Shown here: positions 16,552 through 28,851 of the stretch, one piece after another
How positions within the stretch are numbered: the first letter of the stretch is position 1
Layout: the number at the start of each line of letters is the position of its first letter
Assembly (NCBI GenBank): GCA_964016885.1
Contig: OZ024741.1
Span: forward strand, 409,448,001 to 409,512,000
Direction of reading: 5' to 3'
Source: Eledone cirrhosa
Taxonomy: Eukaryota
DNA: 64,000 bases
Translations under genes and position numbers: made by a program
The notes under the pieces: model-generated
Database searches by the model: none
Seen by the model: only the letters and a program-made list of their open reading frames with translations
What the model was told of the DNA's origin: nothing

Positions 16552-16739
16552 AACCAGTAAGACCCCGACAGCTGAGCTCAAGCCGTTTCGACGGCTAATT
16601 CTGGACTGAATTAGCCGTCGAAACGGCTTGAGCTCAGCTGTCGGGGTCTTACTGGTTCCTATTACCCACTCTACTACCTCAAGTATTGAGTACTTTGGTG
16701 CGTTATGGTCCACCTGGTTCCTTACCACATTTCCTTCGT

Positions 16740-16740
<1 letters not shown>
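16548..16740. mobile_element. Short foldback insertion of the PLE family A terminus
   Basis: 16548-16607 equals ~124-183, and 16608-16740 is the reverse complement of ~45-177. Both ends lie in (TA)n. Confidence 0.85.
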
Positions 16741-16816
<76 letters not shown>

Positions 16817-16820
16817 ATAT

Positions 16821-16900
16821 AACCAACCAAACAGTGAGTGTGTTCTGTTATTAATTCTGGCAATATTACGCAAATATGACCCTCCCCAAATATAACAATA
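16821..16900 (+). mobile_element. Terminal fragment of the PLE family at 19262-21588
   Basis: Nearly identical to 21449-21528. Confidence 0.8.
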
Positions 16901-17009
16901 TATGTATATATATATATATGTATATATATATATGTATGTATATATATATATATGTATGTATGTATGTATATGTATATATATATATATATATATGTATGTA
17001 TATATATAA

Positions 17010-17042
<33 letters not shown>

Positions 17043-17082
17043 TGTATATAAGTATGTATATATATATATATATGTATGTTTG

Positions 17083-17115
<33 letters not shown>

Positions 17116-17462
17116 ATAAAAAAATGAAAAAATATGTATGTATGTATGTGTATATATATATATATATTATATATATATATCTTGCAAGCAGGGAAAAGCG
17201 GACGGAAAATGATGATGATGATGTATATATATAAATACATAATCGGAGAAAGCTAAAAGCGATACTCCGGCCAAATTCCAACTCACTCAGCAAACATTAG
17301 GAAATACCTGAGTATATTCCCAATTAAACGTTTGGGGGTCTAACTATATTGTATTGTGTGGATAATTGGCTGTATTATTTCATGTGAGATATATCAAATA
17401 TATCATTTCCCAGACGACTCGTTTCCTTATAAGATTTCTATAAGTTGGGTGAAAATATACAC

Positions 17463-17497
<35 letters not shown>

Positions 17498-17498
17498 A

Positions 17499-18330
17499 TA
17501 TTGACAAATGGAAACTATATTTATAAAACCTTATTTATTTCATTATACATATTTCAAGGCCACCAAGTCAAATTATGGTGCACTTTCATCAGATAAAATA
17601 ATATAGATCAGTTTTATAAATAAATATTTGTTTCTACTTTAGGCACAAGGCCAGCAATTACCCAGTTCATTACTGGTACTTTATTTTATCGATCCTGTAA
17701 GGATGAAAGGCAAAGTCAACCTCGGCGGGATTTGAACTCAGATCGTAAAGGGACGTAACTATGCTGGAAAGCATGGCGTCCGACCCTCTACCGATACTGC
17801 CAATATTGACATACCCTTAAAGAATGCGATCATATCTGTTGGAAGCTCCCGGATAGTGGGGTTATTAAATTTATTTAGTCTATTATGCAAATTAGTGTCG
17901 GATATGTTTAGATTTAAAATAGGCCGTTGGAGTATGGAAAAAGAAAAAAAGAAAAGAGAAAGAAAAGAAAAAGAGAAAAGAAAGTGCAAACTCTAAGGGG
18001 AAAAGAAGAAAACAAGAGAAAAAAGAAAGAGAAAGTGTAAGAAAAAGCCCTAAGTGATAGGTTGTTTTATTAACGTAAATTTTAAGATGAAGCGAAAAAA
18101 TAAATATTTATTGGATGAGTTAGGCAGAGTAAATAAGCGTGAATAGAAAATAAATAAATAATAATAACTCGAGAATTTTATCTAATGTTTAAATTTGATT
18201 AAATGTTTAGTTTATCAATTAAATTATTGCGATCTATACATTAAAATTGAGATCTATATATTATTAAAATCTATATATTATTAAAAACTATATATTATTA
18301 AAAAATCTATATATTATTAAAAAGAATATA
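17499..18330 (-). mobile_element. 3' UTR/pseudo-LTR of the CxC-type (Hydra-clade-like) PLE whose ORF is at 22570; interrupted by a SINE
   Basis: 17499-17910, excluding the SINE, is the reverse complement of ~23232-23468. A hammerhead-like core (CTGATGA...GAAA) lies on the minus strand at ~17543-17597. Confidence 0.7.
17629..17801 (-). mobile_element. tRNA-derived SINE with 6-bp TSD AATATT
   Basis: Minus strand has A-box-like GGCAGTATCGGTAGAG and B-box GAGTTCAAATCCC. AATATT flanks both sides. The empty site is visible in paralogous copies at ~23335 and ~52965. Confidence 0.88.
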
Positions 18331-18410
18331 TTCATATATATATACATACACACACATACATACATATATATATAAAAAATCTTTTATTGTATATATATGT
18401 ATGTATATAT

Positions 18411-19200
18411 ATTGTTATACTTAGGGAGGGTCATGTTGCCAATAAGAAACACACGCACCAGTTGCTTTCACTTCAATTTATTATAATAAATTTATAAATT
18501 TCTGGTTGGTTGGTAGGAGAACGGATAAATGAACACTGGCGAGACCTTCAAGATAGTAAAGAATCATCTGTACTCTACCAACATTCTAAAATAGAACACA
18601 AGGGTAAATTAGAGAACATAGAAATAAAAATAGAATCTACACACAGAAAATACGCAATGTTTAGACAAATTACAGAGGCAATAAACATAAAAGAATTACA
18701 ACCAAAATTAAATAGAAAATATGAGTGGAACAGCAACATCACAACTTACAATTAAGGACAAAATGAAAACACACACACACATAGAACAAACAACCAACCA
18801 GTAACATGTAAATAAACAAATAAATAAATGAACATAAACACACACAGACACCCGGATGTGGCGCATGCGCAGACTGAGCACACAACACACACACAGAAAC
18901 AAAATGGCGTAGGACAGAACAAAGGAGAGGCACAGAAACAAAGGAAGGAATCCCCAGTCACTGAAGAGGTCACAGAGTGTGTGACGAAAGAACTATGACA
19001 ATATATAAACAACTATCTGGTTGTGGAACCAACCAACCAACCAGAAATTTATAAATTTATATATTTATTATAATAAATTGAAGTGAAAGCAACTGGTGCG
19101 TGTGTTTCTTATTGGCAACATGACCCTCCCTAAGTATAACAATATCGGTTTCAACACACGATTTCAGATAAAGAATCTTGCTAAACAAATTCAGAAACGA
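18411..19200 (+). mobile_element. Severely 5'-truncated PLE (GIY-YIG C-terminus + pseudo-LTR) with inverted 5' piece (18411-18513)
   Basis: ORF 18510..18755 reads ERINEH...HSKIEH...RQITEAINIKELQPKLNRKYEW. 18411-18513 is the inverted copy of ~19033-19143. Confidence 0.88.
18957..18999 (+). ncRNA. Minimal type I hammerhead ribozyme
   Basis: GTCA-CTGAAGA-G-GTCACA(GAGTG)TGTGAC-GAAA-GAAC-TA-TGAC. Confidence 0.8.
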
Positions 19201-19201
19201 A

Positions 19202-19256
<55 letters not shown>

Positions 19257-19261
19257 CATAT

Positions 19262-21588
19262 ATTGTTATACTTGGGGAGGGTCATATTTGTGTAATATTG
19301 CCAGAATTAATAACAGAACACACTCACTGTTTGGTTGGTTTTCGCTTCTCGCTTCTGTGTCTTTTATATCGGTAATCTAACTTACTCGGTCCTCAATGTT
19401 GCCATTGACTGACCGACGGTCAAAAATAATACAGATACAATATAGACACAAACACATATATATAGTTTATCATAAACTGGGCCTCCTACTTAGATTTACC
19501 TACGACACTGACTACCTAGACAGCCATGACCTTAGATGTTTCTGCCCTAGTAGACCTATAAGAGGTAGACCCCCCACCATAACCTCAATGGCAAAAAAGA
19601 CTCCCATGGGAAGGTGGATTGGGTGGACCAAAGCTATACGGACCCCCCAAAACAATGATCAGGTAAGAAAAATGGTCGCACATGCAATAGGGGCTAGTAT
19701 CAAAACTACCCTAAAGGGCCACATATTTAAGTTTAACGAGAAGATCTACACCCAAAATGAGGGAGCAGCCATCGGCGTCAGCATAGCTGGTGATGTTGCC
19801 AACCTTTTCATGGTATGGTGGGAAAGGAGACTTAAAGATCTCCTTAATGAGAGCTCCATAGACCTCATCATGTACTCTCGTTATGTAGACGATATCAATA
19901 TAGTTATAAGAACACCCCCACTAGAGAGCACTAACAAGTTTGATTTAGAACGTAGCACGATGGAAAGCATCCAGCAGATAGCTAATTCCATACACCAGAG
20001 TATAACTGTAACTATCGACTTCCCTTCCAAACACCCTAACAATAGACTACCTGTATTAGACACAGAACTCTGGATTAACACTATAGACGAGAGAGCCCAA
20101 ATTCTCCACTCACACTATGCTAAACCCATGGCCTCCTAATACTTGATACTCAAAAACTCAGCAATGTCCAGTAGTGCTAAGTTTAATATTCTGATCGCAG
20201 ATTTGGTACGAGTGATGAAGAATGTGTCCCGCATGTGCGACCCAACAGAAATGGAAAGACACATCCAACACTTCATCAACCGCATGCAGTTCTCTGGCTA
20301 CAACCAAAGAGACAGAGTCAGAGTATACGAAGGAGCCATGGAAAAGTATAAGACCCTCATAGAACTGGACATGAAAGGAATTTGCCCATTATACAGGAGC
20401 AAATCATGGAATAGCTTAGATAGGGCTAGACATAAGATAGGGAAAGCCACCTCATGGTACGACAACCAAAGATACCAGAGTGTCATGTTTGTGGACGCTA
20501 CTCCTGGAGGGAAATTAGCTAACCAGTGTAGAAAGGCCCTGAGAAAGACCCACTTAAAAATAAAGGTGGTAGAAAAGCCAGGAACCACCATAAAATCCCT
20601 GATCAGCAAAACCTACCCTTTTAAGAAAACCCACTGTACCAATAGGAAATGTATCATATGTAAGGTGAACCCCCGGATAAACTGTAAAACTAGAAACGTA
20701 GTCTATAGCATAAGATGTACAGAGGGTACTTGCAGAAACATGACAACAACATACATAGGTGAGACAGCTCGTAGCATAGGTGAAAGGATAGACCAAGACT
20801 GGGGGGGAACTAAAAGACGAAAAAACGGGTCAGTACTATACAAACATGCTAGACAACAACATGACGGTAACATAGACAACATAGAAATTAGAATAATATC
20901 TAAACATAGAAATGACCCAGCAGATAGGCAAATCAGAGAGGCCAGTGAAATAGAAATTAGAAGACCAAGGCTAAACAGAAAGAATGAATGGAATAACAAC
21001 AACACCCAAACAAACAACACTGACCTAAGAGAAGTATAAATAAGTAAATAAAATAAAATAAATAAATACATACACAAGCACAATAACAACAAGCACATAA
21101 ACACACACTAGTCACCCATCACACAGCAAACAAAACACTATACACACACGCAAACGCATGCGCAAAGAAGACAAAATAAAATAAACAAACAAGCAAATAA
21201 ATAAATAAATAAATATATAGACAGACTGAATAAAAATGGCGTAGACATACAATACAACAGGGGGAAGATATAACACCACTGACGATGTTGCAGATGTGCA
21301 ACGAAAGATTTATGATAAACTATATATATATGTGTGTTTGTGTCTATATTGTATCTGTATTATTTTTGACCGTCGGTCAGTCAATGGCAACATTGAGGAC
21401 CGAGTAAGTTAGATTACCGATATAAAAGACACAGAAGCGAGAAGCGAAAACCAACCAAACAGTGAGTGTGTTCTGTTATTAATTCTGGCAATATTACACA
21501 AATATGACCCTCCCCAAGTATAACAATATTTGTTTCGACACGCGATTTCATATAAAAAACCTCGCAAAACTAATTCATCGCCGCCATA
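19262..21588 (+). mobile_element. 5'-truncated PLE (RT + GIY-YIG, one internal stop at 20137-20139) with inverted pseudo-LTR at 19262-19475
   Basis: GAAIGVSIAGDVANLFM, YSRYVDD, LPVLD and CTNRKCIIC...VVYSIRC...YIGETARS...LNRKNEW. 19262-19475 is the reverse complement of ~21309-21527. Confidence 0.92.
21275..21316 (+). ncRNA. Minimal type I hammerhead ribozyme
   Basis: ACCA-CTGACGA-T-GTTGCA(GATG)TGCAAC-GAAA-GATT-TA-TGAT; one stem I mismatch. Confidence 0.75.
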
Positions 21589-21599
21589 CATATATATAT

Positions 21600-23664
<2,065 letters not shown>

Positions 23665-23670
23665 ATATAT

Positions 23671-26600
23671 ATGCTAGAGCGAAAGGAAGTTGATGTATGC
23701 TGTGTGCAAGAGACTAGATGGAGAGGAGAGTCTGCTAGAGTCCTTGTAGGAAAAAGTCGGTGCTACAAATTTTTCTGGGTGGGAAATGACGATGGGATGG
23801 GTGGTGTAGGTATACTACTAGCTGACAAGTGGGTAGATAAAGTAATCTCAGTGTACAAGGTAAATGCAAGAATCATTAAACTCAGACTAGTCCTGAATAA
23901 AACAATTACCACAATAATATCAGCTTACGCACCCCAATCGGGGTTGCCAGACGAACTTAAGGATAGATTTTACGAGTCCCTAATGCACACTACTGCTCTA
24001 ACAAACGACAATGACTTCCTAATCATCGCAGGAGATTTTAACGGACACATAGGTAAACACTGTGACGGCTTCAATAGAGTCCATGGAGGCCATGGGGTTG
24101 GCACAAGAAATGAAGAAGGATCCAGACTTCTAGAATTCTGCGACGCCAATGACATGTCGATATGTGACACAAACTTCAAAAAACCCGACAACCACCTGAT
24201 CACCTACAGATCAGGGGAGCATTCTAGTCAGATAGATTTTATCCTCATCAGAGGACGTGACAGAAGGACGGTCATAAACACAAAAGCCTTCCCTAGTGAG
24301 GAATGTACCTCCCAACATAGCTTAGTTGTCAGCGACCTCACAGTCAGAACTAGACGAACCTGGAAACAGAGGCCAACCTGGAGAAGAAAGATCTGGAAGC
24401 TGAAAGACCCCTCTGCCAGTAACAGATTTAAAGATATTTTACTCAACGCCTATGACAGTAAAGAAGAACAGATAGAGACATTCAATGTAGAAGAGCACTG
24501 GGAGTTCCTAAAATATAACTTACTATAGGCGACAGATGAGGTCTGTGGCTGGAGTAAGACCACAAGCAGGAGGAGAGTGACTTGGTGGTGGAACAATAAG
24601 GTAGATGAGGCAGTTAAGGCCAAGAGACAGGCATGGAAAGAATGGAAGAACGGAGGGAGCAGGGTACATTACACAGAGACCAAGAGGGAAGCTAGGCAAC
24701 AAGTATACTTAGCTAGGAAAGAAGCAGAGGATAGAAAATTCAAGCATGTTTTGCAACATGAGGGCCAGAAACAGGAGGTGTTCAAGATTGCGAGGCAGTG
24801 TGTCAGAGATAGTTGTGATGTCATTGGAGAGAAGTGTATCCGGAATGATAAAGGTGAGCTTGCCCCCTCAAGTGCTGAGAAGAAAGATGCATGGAAGAGT
24901 CATTATGATAGATTACTAAATGAGGAGAATGCATGGGAAGAAGAGACCCTACCCCACGTAGACCCTATAGAGGGACCAGCAGTACAAGTCAGCGGCAGCG
25001 TAGTAAGTAAGGCAATCAAAGATATGAAGATGGGGAAGGCAACCGGTCCGTCATGTATAGCTGCCGAGATGCTGAAGGCATCTGGGTCTGTAGGTCACAC
25101 TATAACCACACGTATTGTTAACCAGGTAATACTAGAAGGTGTCATACCAAAAGATTGGTGCAGTAGCATCATTGTCAACTGCTACAAAGGTAAAGGTGAT
25201 GCACTCGATAGAGGAAACTATAGAGGTATAAAGCTGATGGACCAGGTCATGAAAGTAACAGAAAGAGTTATAGCACAGCTGATTAGGGACCGGGTGAAAC
25301 TAGATGAGATGTAATTTGGGTTTGTACCAGGAAGAGGCACCACTGATGCTCTCTTCCTTGTGAGGCAGTTACAGGAAAAGTACCTAGCTAAAAGTAAGCC
25401 ACTCTACCTGGCATTCGTCGATCTTGAGAAAGCCTTTGACAGAGTTCCACGTGCTGTAATCTGGTGGGCTCTTAGAAAACTAGGAGTAGAGGAATGGCTT
25501 GTGAAAGCTGTACAAGCCATGTATAGGGGAGCAGTCAGCAAAGTTAGGATTAGTAATGAGTATAGCGAGGAATTTAGCATACAGGTTGGGGTCCACCAGG
25601 GCTCTGTTCTTAGCCCTCTCCTGTTCATCATAGTCCTGCAGGCAATAACGGAGGAGTTTAAGACTGGATGCCCATGGGAACTCCTGTATGCAGATGACCT
25701 CGCACTTATAGCTGAATCTATGGTAGAACTAGAGAAGAAATTCCAAACTTGGAAGCAGGGACTAGAAAGAAAGGGTCTCAAAGTCAACATAACAAAGACT
25801 AAGGTCCTTGTACATAGACGAGAAAACAGAACCCAGATCCCCTCAGGGAAATGGCCTTGCTCAGTATGTAGGAAAGGTGTAGGTAGGAACTCCATTCTCT
25901 TCCCCAAATGCAAACAATGGGTACACAAGAGATGTAGCGGGATCTCAGGAAGCTTAATTAAGAATGTGGGCTTCACATGCAGCAGCTGTACTGGGACAGC
26001 AAGCAGCAAACAGCCACAGGAAACAAGTACCACCAATCTCTGGGAGGGCTCTGTAGAGACAGTAGACAGCTTCTGCTACCTAGGTGACCGAATTAGCAGC
26101 GGAGGTGGGTGTTCAGAAAGTACAATAACTAGGGTAAGAATGGGATGGAAGAAGTTCAGGGAACTACTACCACTGCTAGCTGCAAAAGGCTTCTCCCTCA
26201 AAATGAAAGGCAGACTATGATGCGTGTATCCGAACAGCAATGTTACATGGTAGTGAGACCTGGGCAATGAAGGTGGAAGACTTACGTAGATTAGAAAGAA
26301 ACAAAGCCTGCATGCTCCGATGGATGTGTAATAGTAATATACGCGAATGACAAAGCATAAATGAATTGAGAGAGAGACTGAGCATAAGAGGAATCAAATG
26401 CTGTGTGCAGGAGAGGCGGATGCGTTGGTATGGACATGTGATGTGTATGAAGGATGACAGCTGCATAAAAAGGTGCAGAGCACTAGAAGTCGATGGAAAC
26501 CGCGGAGTGGGGAGACCCAAGATGACCTGGGATGAGGTGATAAAAGCCGACCTTACCCAATTACACCTCTCAAAGGCGATGACACACGACCGTGACCTCT

Positions 26601-26942
26601 GGCGTCACGCAGTAATACAGAGTACCCGACCTCCCATGGGTACAAGCTGAAACATATAGACAATATGCCCTCACACCCTCCCACTGCAAGGTGGTCGTGG
26701 AGGTGCCACGGCAAAAAGCACCCAGCCCACACTGTAAAATGGACGTGTAGACGCCACGAAAAAGCACCCAGCACTCACTGTAAATGAGGTTGGTGTTAGG
26801 AAGGGCATCCAGCTGTAGAAATCAAGCCAAATCAGTTCCTGTATGAGCAAGGCATGGTCAGCCGACCAGACACTGCCCACAACAGGACAACCCGTCTAAC
26901 CCATGCTAGCGTGGAAGAACGGACGTAAAACGGTGATGATGA

Positions 26943-26945
<3 letters not shown>
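23671..26945 (+). mobile_element. RTE-clade LINE family R2, 5'-truncated (APE + RT + PHD), stops at ~24526 and ~25312, frameshift at ~26218; (GAT)n tail
   Basis: CVQETRW, SAYAPQ, AGDFNGH, QIDFIL, NYRGIKL, FVDLEKAFD, LLYADD and GRPKMTW. Confidence 0.93.
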
Positions 26946-26996
<51 letters not shown>

Positions 26997-27051
26997 GTAT
27001 ATATATATATATATATATATATCTGTATATATATATATATATATATATCTG

Positions 27052-27101
<50 letters not shown>

Positions 27102-27112
27102 CATATATATAT

Positions 27113-27149
<37 letters not shown>

Positions 27150-27155
<6 letters not shown>

Positions 27156-27344
27156 TAGAAATTAGAAATATAAGCTTTCACCGTATTTTGACTAAAGAAA
27201 TTCTAGCCCAATATTGGGGTTTATAACATCTTTTTCCATTTCTCTGAGGGTTATAAACCCCAATATTAGGCTAATTTTATACTCTGCTATGTATTGAGTA
27301 CCTTACTTACTGTGGTTACCTCCAATTCAACCCAGAACAACTTA

Positions 27345-27347
<3 letters not shown>
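27150..27347 (+). mobile_element. PLE-type terminal fragment with small foldback
   Basis: Inverted repeat TAGCCCAATATTGGGGTTTATAAC / GTTATAAACCCCAATATTAGGCTA. The terminal motif GTATTGAGTACCTTAC..CTGTGGTTACCTCC is shared with 53267-53300. Confidence 0.5.
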
Positions 27348-27388
<41 letters not shown>

Positions 27389-27391
<3 letters not shown>

Positions 27392-27742
27392 CATCATCAT
27401 CATCATCATTTCATTTTACGTCCGCGTTTTCCCTGCTTGCAAGGGTGGGACGGGAACTGATTCTGGCTTGATTTCTACAGCTGGATGCCCTTCCTAACAC
27501 CAACCTCATTTACAGTGAGTGCTGGGTGCTTTTTTGCCGTGGCACCTTCACGACCACTTTGCAGTGGAATGATAGGGACCCCAGTCCCTATCATCTCATT
27601 TCTACAGCTGAGTAAACTGGAGCAATGTGAAATAAAGTGTCTTGCTCAAGGAAACAACACATCACCCGGTCTGAGAATTGAACTCACAACCTTTCGATTG
27701 CAAGGCCAATGCACTAATCACTAAGCCATGTGCCTCCACACA
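27389..27742 (-). mobile_element. Full-length tripartite SINE: tRNA head + CORE-like centre + RTE(R2)-derived 3' tail with (GAT)n
   Basis: Minus strand: TGGCTTAGTGATT (A box), GAGTTCAATTCTC (B box) and TCCTTGAGCAAGACACTT...CTCAGCTGTAGAAATG (CORE-like), then sequence matching the R2 3' UTR (~26681-26838) and a GGACGTAAAA-(GAT)n end. Confidence 0.8.
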
Positions 27743-27744
27743 AT

Positions 27745-28291
27745 ATCATCATCTTCATCATCATCAACGTTTAACGTCCGTGTTCCACGCTTGCATGGGT
27801 TTGGACGGGGGTATTCCCACTTGAGGCAAGAGTGATTGTCTTGCTCGCATAGGACTGTCTGGCAGGTTTTCTACAGTTGGATGCCCTTCCTAACACCAAC
27901 CACATTTACAGTGTGGGACTGGGAGGTTTTTACCGTGTTGCCTACACGGCCACATTACAGCGTGGACTGTGTGTTTTTTTGTCGTGACACCTACACGATC
28001 TCATTTGTTTCGGTCTGGATGTTGTGGCACCAACATAACTTTACATAGGAGGGTGTGGTGTGGATGGGGTGGGGGTGGTGGGACCTGGGTGTATTTTGTT
28101 AGAGATGCCTACTGGCTGTAGTAGGTTTTACTATGTATTTAGGTAAGGCGGGTCTTCTCTATTACTGAGTACCGCCAAAGGTCTCGGTCCAGTGACATTT
28201 TCTTGGAGAGGTGTAAGTGTGTGAGGTCGGAGTTTATCAGCTCGTCCCAGGATTTTCTAGGTCTGCCTATTCCGTGGCTACCGTCTATCTT
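27745..28291 (-). mobile_element. RTE family R1 3' fragment
   Basis: [18 protein letters not shown]...KTRLT* plus 3' UTR and (CAT)n tail. Confidence 0.9.
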
Positions 28292-28359
28292 TATATATAT
28301 ATATATATACATATATATATACATATACATATATATATATATATATATACATATATATG

Positions 28360-28391
<32 letters not shown>

Positions 28392-28405
28392 TATACATAT
28401 ATATG

Positions 28406-28589
<184 letters not shown>

Positions 28590-28815
28590 TATACATATAT
28601 ATATGTATATACACATATATATAATAATATAAATAATAATAATGAAATTATTGTGTACAGTGCTCAGGTGCACTACAACTCGTCAAAGGTGCATGTATAG
28701 TACATAGAATAATATACAAATGTCAGGGAAGTGAATAATGTATGAGTCATGATATGTATGTGTATGGAGGGGGAACATTAGGTGTAGTGTATATATATAT
28801 ACACACACATATATG

Positions 28816-28851
<36 letters not shown>

